Below are positions 47,588 to 61,614 of a stretch of 64,000 nucleotides of DNA, one piece after another. The translations under genes and the position numbers were made by a program. A model generated the notes under the pieces. That model was not told where the DNA came from, ran no database searches, and saw only the letters and a program-made list of their open reading frames with translations. Position 1 is the first letter of the stretch. Every line of letters begins with the position of its first letter. Source of the DNA: Pseudogymnoascus verrucosus (taxonomy: Eukaryota); assembly GCA_001662655.1 (NCBI GenBank), contig KV460250.1; one strand, written 5' to 3'.

Positions 47588-50500
47588 TCAAATCACAATC
47601 GCCAGTTCATGCCTATCCATCTGCTCGTCTCCCAGACCAGGGTAGTAGGGTACCATCGCATCGGCGCCTTGGACATACGCATCGTTGTACAGCCTCCAGT
47701 AGGGCTGTCTGACTTTGCGAGCTGGGTGGAATAATCCAGCCCAGACGTAGTTCATCGTCAGACCAGGTCCAACTGCCATGCGGATCGCATCAATGGCTTC
47801 GACGATGCGGTCGATGACGTGGGGGCTGGTCTCGAAGAGGTTGGGGTACAGCAAGTTGAGTAGATGGAGCATGGCATCCTCACAGCCCAGTCCCACAACA
47901 CCCAGTGCGACGTGCTTCACGACTGAGGCTGCCGTTTGCCTGTGAACCTGGTCCCTGTCTATCAAAGCATCCTCCAGAAGAGGGGTGACGGCGTAAACGT
48001 AGTCCTTGGCCATCTCCCCAATATACTCAAAGAGGAAAGACAGAGACTTGAGCACACCGTTCTGGACGTTCAGCTCCGGCACTCTGTACTCGTTCATCAG
48101 AGCTGGCAGGACCGTGAAGGGCGCACAGGTTTCTGCAACAATGCCGATAGCGACAGCTGTGCAGACACGAGATTGTCGCTCTTGAACGCGCAAGTTGTTC
48201 AGGAGAGTTGCCAAAACGTCCTGCGGTCCGATGGCTTTGGCAATGAAACCGAATGTGTTGTTGGCTGCTCGACGGATACCCTTCTTGTGGGCCTTCAGCA
48301 TGTCCAGCAATTCGAAGCAAATTCTCATCCATTCTCTCGCATTGACACTTTCTGGTCCGCGGTCCGCGATACGTCCAACCAAATCAATGGTATTTTCCTG
48401 TACCTTCTCGTGTCTGTTGCGCAGAATCGGAGTGAGGCGGGGTAGTAGGTCTTTAATAGGTGGCTGCATCTGGCTGATACCAACAACAGTCACGATAGAC
48501 CTGAGCGCGCCGAGAATGGATCCTAACACCTCTGGGTATTCTTCTCCCAAGTATTCGTATAAAACAACGCCCAATTTGTACATCAGTGCATCTTCACCGC
48601 ACTGCTTCATCACCATGGCAATCCGGGAAATCAAATCGGCTGCCTGTTGTCGAACTGTAGCAGATTTGTTGTTGAGGCGCCACAGAATGGTGCTGACGAT
48701 TTGTGGTAGGTATGGCTTGCAGCGAGTTCCCAGAGCGTTGACGACTGTTCCGAAGCCGTTCAGCATGACAATATCCTCCACGCTCTGCTCTTGGAAGGAA
48801 TGTAATATTCCATCAATCAGTCGCTCCTCCAGACGCTCGCCAATGTCTGCAGCGCCCAAGCTGGCAATAACCTTCTCTACCGTCTCCACGGTCATCTTTC
48901 GGTAAGCTTCGCTCTCATCCTTGAGGTTGTTGACAATTCTCTCTACAATCTCCCCTACGCCGACCTTCTGCCCAAGATCCACCGTAGTATCGACAACTTG
49001 TCTGTAGTTGCGCTTGTCCAAAGCCATTCGTCTAACCCAGAAACTCTTGAAAAACTCATCCAGAACGTGCTCCTTCAAGTAGCCAGCCGTAACACCATCA
49101 GTGCCAGCACATTGTGAGACTACCTTAAGAACGACCTTCTTCATCTCTTCATCCGGAGAAGAGAACTCTCGTAGAAGGATCTCCATGATTTGACTTGTGT
49201 AGTAATTGGCGTACTCCTCGTCCATCAACGGGATGATATAACCGACAGCCTTGAGGAAACCAGCCAGCCCCTTGCCACGCTGCTTCCTGGCTCCTGTCCA
49301 CAAAGGATTCAAAATATCATCGAAACTCTCAATACCGTAGGGATTGGCCGCCTCAGCCAAAGCTGCGATTGCTAAACTGGTAACGGTTCGAACCTTGGTT
49401 TGGTCGTCGTTGAGATTGCCGCCAATGCAGTCCACCAACCCCTTCAGGTGGGGAAGCACAGCGCAACCCATCAGGATGGGGATTTGTTGCACAATCTTGA
49501 CACCAGTGTGTCTTGCTTGCCAGGACTTCTTACTTCGGCACACAGCCCGAAGGAACGGTAGAAGTGCAGGAATACCTAACGCGGAAGCTACCACTGCGAA
49601 GGCTCTCGCGGTTGTGTTTCGGACGTACTCGTCGACATGGTCGATATCAGGTCGCATCGTGCTGATCATGTGGGCGAGACCAGCAGCTTTACTCAGGTTG
49701 GAAATAATCTCGCGACCCTCCACCCTCGCATAGTAGTCTTGGTCAATAAGTAGAGGTTCAATGACGACAAGAATCTTGTGTACGTAAGGTCGAACCAGGT
49801 CGTCCAGCTTGTAGAGAACACGGTCGATGACCTTGACAAGCAAATGTCGCTCCTGGTCCTCGAGACTCTTCTCCATCAGCAGTGGCAAAATCTGGTTGAA
49901 GAGAGGGCCAGCTCCAAACTGTCGCGCGTTATCCGTCAATTGACGAAGGGCGGTTTTACGCATAGGAGGGGTTCCGTTCTTGACCTTCAGGAGAAGCCTC
50001 ATGATCTTCCTCTCCTTCAACTCGTCGACGCTCATCGCATTTTCGTCGCTTCCATCGGTTAACTTCCCAAAGTATGCCATGTCCTCAGCCTTGAAGAACT
50101 GAAGGTCGCCGACACCTGGGATCTCGGTAGGCAACTGCTTGCCCATAGAGCGCTGGGATTCTGGATCTTGCATCATGAAGCCGCCACTCATCGACGCAGG
50201 GGTTTGCATCATTTTCTGGGACGCAGTTCGAATAGGGGCGTATCCTGGTGGCGGTTCCAAAATCTTGTAGCCTTCCGAAGGCAGCATCAGGTCCAGCTCT
50301 TCATCAGACAATGCCATGTTGCGCATAGAGATATCCGTTCCAAATGCAGTCGGAACCATCATACCACCTTGCGATGGGTGTGCCGGAGTGACGAGGCCTT
50401 GCTGGCCAATTGGTGTAGCAGCTGGTGCTTGATCCCATCGTGATCGCCGACGTGGTGTGTCGTCGACTAATGCGCCACTTGGTGCTGGCGTCTGGTCCCA

Positions 50501-51259
50501 TCGCGATCGCTTCACCTTCGTCTCTGAGGGTTGAACTGCTCCAGCTTCGGCTCCAGCTTCTGACGAGATATCCCACCGCTGCTTCCTCTTCCTTCCCGCA
50601 GCCACAACTTCCGTAGATCCAGCCTCGTTATTCTCCTTGTCGTTCAGCGCATGGCCTTCGTCGCCGAGTGTAGGTTTGTGTTGAACTGCAGTGCCATCCG
50701 CCTCCTTATCAGCAATAGCTCTCTTAACTCTTTCCTCCTCGCGCTCCAATTCGCGCCGGCGCATAACCTCCCGATAACCCTCGCCTTCCTCTGCGGCTCC
50801 AGCCTGGCGGTTGGAGGCAAACGCGTCTGCCCTTGTCGGAGTGAGTATTCGATCCAGTCGTCGCTTTTGGTAATCAGTCTCTCGATCAGTTATGCGCGCG
50901 CTCTTCTCCCGACCTAGAAGTATGTCCTCTTCCTCAACGCCGCCTCCCCGCGAGAACTCGTCCATCTGGCTTCTGGTGGCCGTGTATTGCCCAACCAGCC
51001 TCCTGCTGGTGTCAGCATCTGCCATTTCATCATCCTCACCATCCTCAGCCACTGATATCGATGTGTTGTATCCAGCAAACTTGTCCCCAGCGGCACGGTC
51101 GTAGACGGTGGTGTCGAAGCTTTCGGTCAAGGAAGCCTTGGTGGAAACATCAGTTCGCTGACTGGAAGGATCAAATGTCTTTGATCCACTCTTACCAGCA
51201 GAAGCTGCATTCCGCTCAGCCTGGAGCTTCCTGATCGTCTCAAAGGTATCGTCCGACAT
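47588..51259 (-). CDS. HSH155: Splicing factor 3B subunit 1 (SF3B1), intronless
   Basis: RWD ULM motifs, [26 protein letters not shown] repeats and [10 protein letters not shown]. Confidence 0.98.
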   Translation of the reverse strand: MSDDTFETIRKLQAERNAASAGKSGSKTFDPSSQRTDVSTKASLTESFDTTVYDRAAGDKFAGYNTSISVAEDGEDDEMADADTSRRLVGQYTATRSQMDEFSRGGGVEEEDILLGREKSARITDRETDYQKRRLDRILTPTRADAFASNRQAGAAEEGEGYREVMRRRELEREEERVKRAIADKEADGTAVQHKPTLGDEGHALNDKENNEAGSTEVVAAGRKRKQRWDISSEAGAEAGAVQPSETKVKRSRWDQTPAPSGALVDDTPRRRSRWDQAPAATPIGQQGLVTPAHPSQGGMMVPTAFGTDISMRNMALSDEELDLMLPSEGYKILEPPPGYAPIRTASQKMMQTPASMSGGFMMQDPESQRSMGKQLPTEIPGVGDLQFFKAEDMAYFGKLTDGSDENAMSVDELKERKIMRLLLKVKNGTPPMRKTALRQLTDNARQFGAGPLFNQILPLLMEKSLEDQERHLLVKVIDRVLYKLDDLVRPYVHKILVVIEPLLIDQDYYARVEGREIISNLSKAAGLAHMISTMRPDIDHVDEYVRNTTARAFAVVASALGIPALLPFLRAVCRSKKSWQARHTGVKIVQQIPILMGCAVLPHLKGLVDCIGGNLNDDQTKVRTVTSLAIAALAEAANPYGIESFDDILNPLWTGARKQRGKGLAGFLKAVGYIIPLMDEEYANYYTSQIMEILLREFSSPDEEMKKVVLKVVSQCAGTDGVTAGYLKEHVLDEFFKSFWVRRMALDKRNYRQVVDTTVDLGQKVGVGEIVERIVNNLKDESEAYRKMTVETVEKVIASLGAADIGERLEERLIDGILHSFQEQSVEDIVMLNGFGTVVNALGTRCKPYLPQIVSTILWRLNNKSATVRQQAADLISRIAMVMKQCGEDALMYKLGVVLYEYLGEEYPEVLGSILGALRSIVTVVGISQMQPPIKDLLPRLTPILRNRHEKVQENTIDLVGRIADRGPESVNAREWMRICFELLDMLKAHKKGIRRAANNTFGFIAKAIGPQDVLATLLNNLRVQERQSRVCTAVAIGIVAETCAPFTVLPALMNEYRVPELNVQNGVLKSLSFLFEYIGEMAKDYVYAVTPLLEDALIDRDQVHRQTAASVVKHVALGVVGLGCEDAMLHLLNLLYPNLFETSPHVIDRIVEAIDAIRMAVGPGLTMNYVWAGLFHPARKVRQPYWRLYNDAYVQGADAMVPYYPGLGDEQMDRHELAIVI

Positions 51260-51378
51260 GGTTGCGGAGTAGCTTGTCGGAGAGGAGGTGAGGTTAGGAG
51301 TCGCTGTCACGACTTGGTGACATTGATGGCATATATTTACTACGAGAGGCGGAATTTAGCGCGTAATCTTATATGGTG

Positions 51379-51387
51379 GTCACGTGA
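51379..51387. promoter_or_regulatory. GTCACGTGA E-box (Cbf1-type bHLH site) upstream of SF3B1
   Basis: Exact match ~120 nt upstream of the ATG; the same 9-mer occurs in the PCNA promoter. Confidence 0.5.
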
Positions 51388-51688
51388 TGCCAAATTCACT
51401 TGGTCAAAATATTCACATCATCACTACTGTCGACAAGCTTCACAGGCATGATGTTTGTGGGACTTATGAAATGGTTACAAAGCATATTATAGTACAAAGC
51501 TGAATCCTATTCGTTCTAGCTTGATTATCCACTTTGCTGCCAGCTCATGCTCATTCCCACCATAATCAATTCGCAAGCGATGGCCAGGCGCATTTTGAGG
51601 CTTAATTACCATAACTCCACTCGGAATTGCTCTGTTCAGATACAAGTTGTAAGATAGTCCGCATATTATACGGGTATCTTGATTGGGA

Positions 51689-53591
51689 CTACCAAGCGCC
51701 AACCTCAAAGTTCTCCTACAAATCATATTAGCTTGATCAAACTACAAAAAATTGTGATCTCTTACCTCTGAGAAATATGTGGTGACGACGGTGCGATCGG
51801 CAAACTTTCTCCCCGCCAAGGTGCGGAGCGCCTTGCCTGCAGATGCAGGAGTGTCAAATTTGACGAAGATCTTTCCGACACCTGCTGACTGGCGGCTTCC
51901 TCCACTTGGTCTGGGGATCTTGATGTCCAGGACCTTGCCATACTTTTCGCATTCTTCCTTAACGTCTTCAAGAATTTCTGTGTTTTGTGTCAGTAAAGTG
52001 GATAGAGGAAATTATGGCAGCTACGCACCTTCGTAATCCTCGTTATCAATCAGCTCCTCTGCCGTGACCATATTAAGAAGCTGGAGGACGCGCCCTTCGT
52101 CGAGTCCATCCGTAGTCGTTCCAGCAAGCATCGACATCGCATTGACACCCATTTCTAGGCCAGCAGTCTGCGTAGTACCAATGCTGGCACGTTGGACCTT
52201 GAGATGCTTGTCGCCCAGCTCCATACCGTTTAATCCTTCAACAGCGATATCGGTGGCAGCTGCGTCAACATACTCACAGAATGCGATACCTCTGGATTCC
52301 TCTGTGGTGCTATCTTTAGCAAGGACAAATGCCTTCAGCTCACCGAACGACACCAACAGCTCCGTAACCTGCTCATCTGTGAGATAAGGTGGAACATTCG
52401 AGATGCTGATTTTATTTGGGGTATCTGGCACCACGTTGGCGACAACACCAGGCTCGTGCATGGTCTCGTCCACTGCTGGGACAATGTAATCCTTCGGCCT
52501 TCGGATGGATAGTGCACGAGAAGCGCCATTCTCTTCTATTCCGATTCCGTCCATTGCCAGAGCCACAGTTGCGTCGGAGGTGGTCTTAAATTCGACCAAG
52601 GCGAAAGATTTGTCCTTCGAAACCTGGGCAGTAAGACACGGGTCTGATCCTTCAATTACGTTAAGGCCGTTCAGTTGTAGGTTAAAGAACTCGACGATTC
52701 CCTCCTCGGACAAGGTCTCTGGTAAGTTGTGAACCAAAAGACGCTTCGCTTGCCTTGAGTTCGAGGGCTTCAGTGCAGCGTTCGTAATCGATCCGCTTGG
52801 CTGCGACATGAATGCCTGGAGCTTGCTGGGATCCATGGGTTGTTGTCGCGGTGCACCAGGCAAGGGGAACATGCCAGACAATTTAGCCTGCTCAGCCGTA
52901 ACGTTCTCGTATCCAGGTGGTTTGATATCCCACTGAGTTAACCGCCTCTTGCGCTCAAGAACAGAAACAACATCAGTCAAATCCGGAGTTGGCTCCCTCT
53001 TCTTTGGTGGCGGGGAGGCGCTCTTCTTGCGCTCTTGTCTTCCTCCACCTCCACCGAACCCATCGCGATCGCCACGGTCTCCCCTTCTAGCACCACCACC
53101 TCGTCTGTCGTCGAAAAGATCTCTGTCCCTGCGCGGCGGCCTATCGTCGTCATCTCGTCTTGCATCGCGTCTTGAGCTGCCACGGTCCCGATCCCAGTCT
53201 CTCTCCCCCCCACCTCTGCGATCTCTCCCAGAATATCTGTCCTCGCGCTCCCTCTCCCTGTAGTCCCTGCTGGATGAGTAGGAGTCTACATCTCCCTCGC
53301 GGCGCGATGGCCTTGGGCCTCGGTGGCCTGGCGAACGCGATCTCCTTCGGTCACCACCACGCTCGCGATCTCTGTTGTCGACTCGTCGATCATCCCGGTC
53401 AGCTCCTCTGGGAGCCTATATTATGTCAGTCTGATCATTCTGCTGAAAGTTCATAGAAGGAAAACTTACATATGGGTCCCTTGATGGCCTGCCAGCATCT
53501 GCTCGGAAATTAGATTAGCAACTGCTTTGTTAGGTTTACAATGCTTTGAATAGGATCGCATACCTCGTGATGAGTAGCTGTCGCCGTTCAT
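51689..53591 (-). CDS. U2 auxiliary factor large subunit (U2AF65 orthologue); multi-exon
   Basis: N-terminal R/D/S-rich domain, ULM RKRRLTQWDIKPPG, two RRMs and a C-terminal UHM (VLQLLNMVT…GVGKIFVKF…LAGRKFADRTVV). Confidence 0.96.
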
Positions 53592-53866
53592 GGTGGCGAT
53601 TAAACAGGCAGTTTTTAGATAACTCAATTGGGAATAAATTCACTGTCGTTGATCTTCAACTCATATCACATTGGTTGTTCTCTTGATGGCACTTATGTTT
53701 TCCTTGTCAATGGGGTCGGATTTAAGTCGTGCCGAGACTGTCGTAGCCTCAATTTTAAGGTTTATAATAACAGAAAAAGGAGTCGGCCAAATAAACCCCT
53801 TCCCAAAAGATAACAGCACCCCTTTCCAATCTTATACTTTATTTTGTTGCAATAATTTAAAAAATT

Positions 53867-55213
53867 ATGAATAGCATACGTACCGGCGAGTGGCAAAAGT
53901 TGGCTGTGAGCCTTGCGGAACTTTCTCTTGATACTACATTGCGATGCGGACAATCGTTTCGTTGGAAGAAGCTCAACGAGGATGAATGGTGGGCAATCTC
54001 GTGACTTCAAATTTTCCCAATGCAGCAATAACTGATAACATGCAGGACCTGTTCACTGCGTGGCCGAGTTATATCTCTAAAGCAAGATCCAAAGCAAGAT
54101 CCAAATCATGTGCTGTATAAAGTCACTTGGCCTTCCAACTCGCCCCTTGCGAAACTATCGTCTAGCAGCAAAGGAGTCAAGGTTGAGGATGATTCTACCA
54201 AAGACGATACGGAGGCTCTCTTGCGGCAGTATTTCAATCTTGAGCCAAACCTAACAGAATTGTACGAGCGGTGGTCCAAGGCGGATGCAAATTTCAAAAA
54301 GAGAGCACCGAAGTTCACGGGGGTTCGGATTCTGAAGCAAGATGCTTGGGAAGCTCTGGTTGGCTTCATTTGCAGTAGCAACAACAACATTGCGCGGATT
54401 TCGCAGATGGTGCGCAATACCCTTCATATCCCCAGAGTCTCGAGAGAATGGTCTAACATTTCTACTCAGGTTAACAACTTATGTTTAAGTTATGGGCCTT
54501 TGATCGGTCACGTTCATGATCAAGCCTTCCATGACTTCCCTACGCCTGAATCCCTAGCAGGCCCGGAGGTCGAGTCGCAATTAAGGAAATTGGGCTTCGG
54601 TTACCGGGCGAAATATCTCGCAAGGACAGCGGTCATCGTATCTAAAGAGAAGCCGGAAAACTGGCTTGAGAGTTTAAGTAACACCGAACCCTTCGATGAA
54701 ACGGAATGGAAAACTCTTGAGCCGGGAGGACGGCCAGGCTACCGAAAAGCTCACGAAGAACTCTTAGCTTTACAAGGTGTCGGACCTAAGGTAGCAGACT
54801 GCGTGTGCTTGATGGGCCTTGGGTGGGGCGAATCTGTTCCAGTGGATACACATGTTTGGCAGATAGCCCAACGGGACTATAAGTTTGGAAAAGGCAAGCA
54901 CAAGAGCTTGACTAAAGCTACATACGACGCAATCGGAAATCACTTTCGGTTGCTATGGGGGGAGGAAGCTGGCTGGGCTCATTCTGTGCTCTTTGCTGCT
55001 GATCTGAGAACATTTGCCATTAGGCTTACCGAAAAGACTGAGGTGCAGGAGGAGCTGCAGATCAAAGCTGAGACCGAGGATGGGGTAATCGTGCAAGCGA
55101 CGACGGTGGTAAAGAAGCGAGAGGCAATCAAGGAAGAGACGATCAAAGAAGAGACGACCGACGATCTAAACGTGGTATTTTCGACAACAGCCAAGCGAAC
55201 TCGACGCCGATGA
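53867..55213 (+). CDS. OGG1: 8-oxoguanine DNA glycosylase/AP lyase; 3 exons
   Basis: TLRCGQSFRW, FICSSNNNIARI, LGFGYRAKY and the HhH-GPD motif LQGVGPKVADC…VPVDTHV. Confidence 0.97.
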
Positions 55214-56306
55214 GGGGGAGAGTGGAGGATTTCGTGGGTGAAGCCCCACAACAAGCCGATTATCACATGGTTTTATATCTCCACGTTTTGTTTCGGCAGA
55301 CCCCGCTTTCTCTCTGACAATGTGTCAGGATGGATCATTAGAATCTATCCCGCTTTCTAAGTAGTAGGAAATATTTGGTGTGCTTGATTTGAAGGCGGAA
55401 ACGAGTCATCCGCGTAAGATATTCTCACCGACATGTTTTGTTCCAAACGAGGACGTTGTCAAGGGGGTTTGAGTTTGGATCTGGACAAGAACCGTCACAA
55501 TTTCCGGCAGTCCGTGCGTAAGATTGGGATAAGAGCGTTTGAGTTACCTGATGTGGACATGCCCTGTAACAGTCTGGTGTAAGCCCTGACGTTTTGCCAG
55601 GCCATTCTACGAAAGTAGACGAAGGCCAGGCAAGGGTGAGAAAGGGGGAAGGGAAATGGGAAGAGAAACAATTTTCTGTTCAAACAAAGTACTTCCGTAG
55701 TCAAGTAGCAAAGTGGCATCGCTTACCGGCGATAATTCCAATATTTCTCAGCCAAGCAAATAAACAGTTTGGGCCAAGCACACATAGACAAGGCAGTACC
55801 CGCCGCCAAAGTACGTACTTGATATCGTTATTGGCTGCGGAAGGAACAGCCACCAGTCTGCGGCACGCTCAATTCCAGTTCAGCCTACGTGACGACGCCT
55901 ATGACAGGAGCATGACAGAAGCATGACAAGAGCGAGGTAAGTGTGCCGCGCCTACGGATAGTAGCGACTCACAGGGCAAAGTCCCGCCAACCTTCGCTTT
56001 GCAAGGCTCAGCAGAAGCGCATGAATTCCAATATTAGGAGGCTGGTTGGTGCAGAATGAGATGACGGGGATTCCGGAAGCTGACAGCGTTGATCCGGATA
56101 CGGAGTTTTTACCAAGCTGCGTCCAGTGCTCAGCGCTGGGACTTTTGTTGCCCGATGAACTTTTCATCCCTACTCTTTGCTTTTAGAATAGGTTACGTTC
56201 ATGCAGGGTATATTTCTCCAACGTTGGGAGAAAGAGTCGGGATGACGGGAAGGGTACTAGAGCACGAGCAGAATTTGTGAGGAATCTGAGTGTGCGGAGG
56301 CGAAAT

Positions 56307-56340
56307 GTTCTAGTCAGAGATGGGTTCTAGTCAGAGATGG
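56307..56340. repeat. 17-bp perfect tandem duplication GTTCTAGTCAGAGATGG x2
   Basis: Read directly from the sequence. Confidence 0.95.
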
Positions 56341-57236
56341 TACTGGAACCGACGGGGAACTGGGGAGATGGATGATGGGGGACGGGGAGGGGTCAGGGGA
56401 GGGGTTTGTGGCCTAACCTCGGTAGTATGGGTTATCCATGATAATAGCACGTTCATGTCGCGCTTCAATTCGCCCACAGCCCCCACCCACCAAACTCGCG
56501 ATCGACGTAAATTGGAAGGCGCACAGTTGACCTAAATTGAACTAAATTGAACTAATCTGCGATCCAGTTAGTGCGCCCAGCAAATGCCGTGAGACAGGCG
56601 TCGTCGACATCGAACAGGGCTCCATCAATAATGCTCCAATGCTCCAACTCCAACCAACAGGAGTAGGGAGTACGCAGTACGGAGTACTTCTCCAACAGAA
56701 CTCGAACAGCACTCGAACAGTTGCCGTATAAGGCGTCGCGTTGTCCATGTGGAGGTTAGTAAGATAGCAAGAAGTAAGAAGTAAGACAAGACCACGGGTA
56801 CCTTACAGTTGGTGCCACTGAAGGGCAGTAGCGGTTCTCCTGATAATCATGAGATGAACTACGCGCCCGCTTCATAATTTTGATCGACATCACGTTAATA
56901 TAGAGTACCATACTTGCAATACCGTCCAATACCATAGTACTCCGTAGGTAAACCAACTGATCTCTGCTCGTTGCTCGTTGCTCGTATTTCGTAAACAGTA
57001 GTAAAGTAGGTAGCACTGTAGTTCCAACATAGTGGCCCCCTGAGGGAGAGGAACGGTGAAAACGTGGAGACCTGGGATCGGGGGAGAGGGAGGCTCGAGA
57101 GCGATGAGGCTTGGTATTGGAGGAATAGGTGGAATGCTCCTTCCGAACCTTCTGTACCTACCGACCCTACAAATAGTTCGCTCGACTCAGCGTAGCATCG
57201 CATCGCGTCGCATCGATCTATAGCGACAGAGTATGT

Positions 57237-57267
57237 ATGGAGTCATGGAGTCATGGAGTCATGGAGT
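57237..57267. repeat. (ATGGAGTC)~4 tandem repeat
   Basis: Read directly from the sequence. Confidence 0.9.
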
Positions 57268-58959
57268 TATCGGGTTATCGAGTTACTCGAAATAGTATTC
57301 GGCTATCTCAATGGTAAAGGTCGGCTATAATAACTGCCTGAATGCTCTTCAGCATCATGTCATGCTTCATACATACTGTCGTCGTCGTGTGTTGAATCTG
57401 CTTCAGTTCTGTAGTATGTGGTAGGTTCTGCGGCGCCACCTCCGCAGCCACACCTTCACACCCTCACAGCGTCACTCGTTCCCGTCAACTACCTAGCCCC
57501 TGAGGATCCTTAGGGTTCTTAGTTTTGGCTGTTGGATATACTCGAGTACCGTACGTACGTACATGCGTACACACTTTCAGCATTCAGGCGAGTAATGTGC
57601 GTGATACCAGTGAGTGGTACTGGAGATCCAGTCTTCATTTACCGCGTCAGGTCCAGGCTTAGAGCTGGACTTGCTTTCCATGGGTTCATCCATGCTCATC
57701 CATGCTCCCATGAAGTGCCACATACACCAGAATTGTCCAGACAGACCAGACAGACCAGAGAGACCCCGCAGTCAGGGGTTCATCTAGCGACAGCCGGACG
57801 CATTACCTTTAGCGGCGTTAGCAGCTCGTCCAGTGGGACCTCGGTCGTATCAACTGACGTCGTTGATTCGTTCCTACCCTGACCGCCGAGATGCGAAGAA
57901 TTCGCGAATCAATGGACGAGGGTATGCTGGCCCATGTGCACGCGTAAACTCCGTGAAATCCCCACATCCATGCGACACCTACCTTTGTAGGCTGATTAGG
58001 CACGTTGCAACACCCCTACTACGCCCCCTTCTATGTCACCTACTAGTCCCATACTCCCCTACTACTCCCCTAACTATAGTATAGCCCTCTATTTGCTGCA
58101 ACTGAGACTTCTACCCTTCTACTGGACCCATCCCAATTCTTCTCATTTTTAGTCCTAATCCTTGGCTCCTATCTCTAGCGTCGCCTTGCCGCCCCTGCTA
58201 TCATGCCCTAGTGCTCACTGCCCCCCTCTCTCTGGACCCCTCACACCTTGTTCGTCGCGCCATTTTTTCCACTTGCTCCCCTGAAAGTTTCCGCACCTGC
58301 TCATTCGGCCTTACTGTGCAGCTACACGGTTCCATCCCGCGCATCATCGCCCGTCTGTTCCCTCCTCCCCCCTCGACCCCTCCCCTCACCCCCTCCCCGG
58401 TTCCCCACAAGAACCGCGTTTGGTTCATTCTGGACCCAAGGACCATCGCACAGGTCTGGCATGCTCAACGGGGATCTGTTGGCGTATTGCCCATAGATTA
58501 GTTTTATTATGGAACACCCACTGCATGCACCCTGCACGTACAGTACAATTTCTTATTAAGGCAACAGTAGTCTCCCCCAGGTTTTTCTGTCATCTTGCTT
58601 CTCTGTTCCTCGTACAAACGACCACGCGCTCGCTCATTTCACGCCCTATCGACAGGAAGACCGATCGATTCGTCGTCTTCAAGTTCGCGCTGTTTCCTCG
58701 CCGCTCGCCATTGTCGCGTTGTGTATTCGTGAAGCTGAAACGCTTAATCGTGCTCAGATAACACTCCTTTGCGATCGAGCCCATAGCATGGCCTAAGAAC
58801 TGCCTCTGTTGCAACGGTCGCGCATTCACCAATTCGACGGCGGCGCATCGAAAGCCACTTCCCAGAGGGGACCAGCTTCAACCTCTTTTTGCGGCGGCGG
58901 ATGCCGGGTCCGAAATCTAAATCTTAGTCTGTCTTCGCCTCGCAGTCCGAATCGCAAAT

Positions 58960-60785
58960 ATGGTTTACAACGCAACATTGGATGCGGCCTTTCGGGGCAA
59001 CTGTTTTGCTCCCTTCCTACAAGAGGAATTATACGTCAACATCACAACTGGCTGTGAGTTTCCCTCTGTTGCCAGAGCTCGCTGGGCCCCGCTAATAAAG
59101 CCTTTCCAGATATTCCCGGCAGAATATGTACGGAACTCGCGCCAAATATCACCTGTTGCTTGCCATGTCCGTCGACGGACTGGCTATACCCCGATTCATT
59201 TCAGACAGTAACAAACGCGAGTAGCTGGCTCAATGTGGTGGGACTGGTGTGCACAGTGTTCCTACTCCTTTCGTTTGCGGTTCTGCCGGTTGAGAAGACG
59301 CATCGGCACTATCTGAGTATTTGTCTTGTTATTGCCGTCGTAATCATGCAGGTATGTATTCCCTGGAACTTGCAGTCGGCAGTGGTCTAATCATCCATTC
59401 TAGCTGGGATTTGTTATCCCCTTGGGAGCGAAACCGGAACAATGCGCCAACGCGATTACGCCGCATGGTATGGAGAGTAGTATAACATGCGCACTCTCTG
59501 GCGCATTTCTCTTGGCTGGTGGTTGGTGCGGCATCATGTGGGTGTTCATGCGTGCCCTCGCGCTGCATTTGCAAATTTGTTGGCAAGTTGTAATTGGAAA
59601 AGCCTGTAAGTTGAACGTCTGGCAAGGACAACGGTATCAATAGCTGACGCGGGTGGCTCTTAGTTATGTGGGGTGCTTTAGCTGGAGGCTGGGGTGTTCC
59701 TGCTGTTGCCCTTGCTATTGCCATGGTATTCAGCGGGGTTTCATTTCGCTTTGGAGGTATGTCCGACAAATTATGGTCCTCATGTGCCTCTGCTAACCTG
59801 ATTTAGAAACCTGCCATATCAACCACACGAACAGTCTTGCCGACTTTTGGATTCCGCTTCTGATATTTGCTGGCTTAACTGTCATCATCCAGTTCACCAC
59901 GTTTGGATACTGCATAAAGGTCTATCTGGCCTCTCTTTCTGATAGCAGCAGCACCACCAACAGCTCTGCGCTTCCGTCGTATTCGGGTAGTGTTGTTACC
60001 CTTACCCCTCGACAAGCCTATCGCCGAGTTCAACGAGTTGTGGAACTTCAATGGAGGGGCATCGCTATCGTCCTCATCATCATAACCGATGTCATATTCT
60101 TTGCGGTTGTCTTCGTTGTGATGGACAATAACCAAATTAAGGCGGCAAATGTCTCGCTGCTCGATGCCACGGCGGGAGGGGAAACAAGCCCATCCGTGGA
60201 ATGGCTTCTCTGCTTAGTGACGAACGCGGGCAAAAAAGGCCCTTGCTTGGAGAAATCCGCCGACCTGATCATGAACCAGGCCACGATTACCGCTGTACTT
60301 GTTCTTCTCTCCGTAAGTCTCATTCTGTCGTTAGTAGCTGTGAAGCGTAGTGCTGACAATCGCAGTGCAACGGTATTTGGCTGTTGCTTCTCATGTCGCG
60401 CCTGTCGATGTTCACGGGCTGGTACGACCTAGTCAGGTCAAAAGCCAAGCCCAGCGGGGAGTTTATTAGTGCAGATGCTGCCAGAGCTTACAGTAAGGAT
60501 CCTAGCACTTACGAGATGCTTGCCTCGAATGGCCGAGACGTGGAATACCCGTCGAAACCCGATCTTCCTCTAACTCAATTATCTCCAGCCGTCACGTCTC
60601 CAGTAGGGAGATCCGGGAGGCAAACGCCTGATTATTTCGGCCGCGAAGCCAAATATCAAAATCCCACACACTCATTTTCGTCGCCGAGACCACCACCAGG
60701 CGGCAGAGATTGGAATTCTGCCACAACACACGCACCGTCAGCACACCAACCGCACCTCGATCCGTTGAGCATGAATAAATTTTAG
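58960..60785 (+). CDS. gprM: 7-TM GPCR-like receptor with a Cys-rich N-terminus (fungal class VII, GprM-like); ~6 exons
   Basis: CCLPCPSTDWLY, LPVEKTHRHYLS, ALHLQICWQ, GVSFRFG.TCHIN and LQWRGIAIVL. Multiple TM helices splice in frame. The family assignment is from memory. Confidence 0.75.
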
Positions 60786-61614
60786 GGGCTCCAAAAACAA
60801 CACTGTTTTGTCTATAATTCACAAATGATTATAATGCTGGGAAATATAGGGAGTCATGGGCGCTGTTTGATTTTCGGGAGGCTTGAGGATGGTTTAGGAA
60901 CAAAGTGATGCATTTTAGCGATAGAACTGCTGTTGTATGTATGCTCCTTTGGTGTGCTAGTAGATTACAGGGGTGGATACTTTCACGTGGTTTAAGACTC
61001 GAGGTTATTGTAAAGCTCGTTACCTTGTATACTTCGATTCAATCGATTCAGCTATTCAGCTACCTGATTTCATTTCACAAATATTACAAAAAGATGATAC
61101 CCAGAGTTTCCCTGTTTCCCTGTTTCCCTCATAACGAGTGCTCAACGTTGCTATTCGCATAGGACCAACTATTTGAGGATTTAAGGGGCCACAAACAGAC
61201 TGCATTTGAACCAGCTGAATCCCAGTTTAAGACCACTATCCTACTGCCTATAGGCTATCAAGCCTCAGTATGTGTTATTTTAGTCAAAATGATTCTGATA
61301 GTAGGAGAGGAAAGCCTGGAACAAGCAATGGATTAGCAGTACGCTAAATCCGAGCTTATACCCCTCTGTTGATGAGCATGGCAAGGCTACCACTTAAGGC
61401 TGAGACCCCACTGAATCTCACGCGCACGCGAAGGGCCCAAACAGCCGCGCTTTATACAGTAATAGTTAATCGCGGGGTTTGACGTCCTTCTGTTAACCTC
61501 ACAAAAAGTGTCGATATAGCACACTCCGCTTCTGAAATATATAGTATCTCTCAGAGACCGCCTTGACGCTTCCAATTATGCCGACGGTGTGAAGCCTGTT
61601 TAATATCTTCAAGA

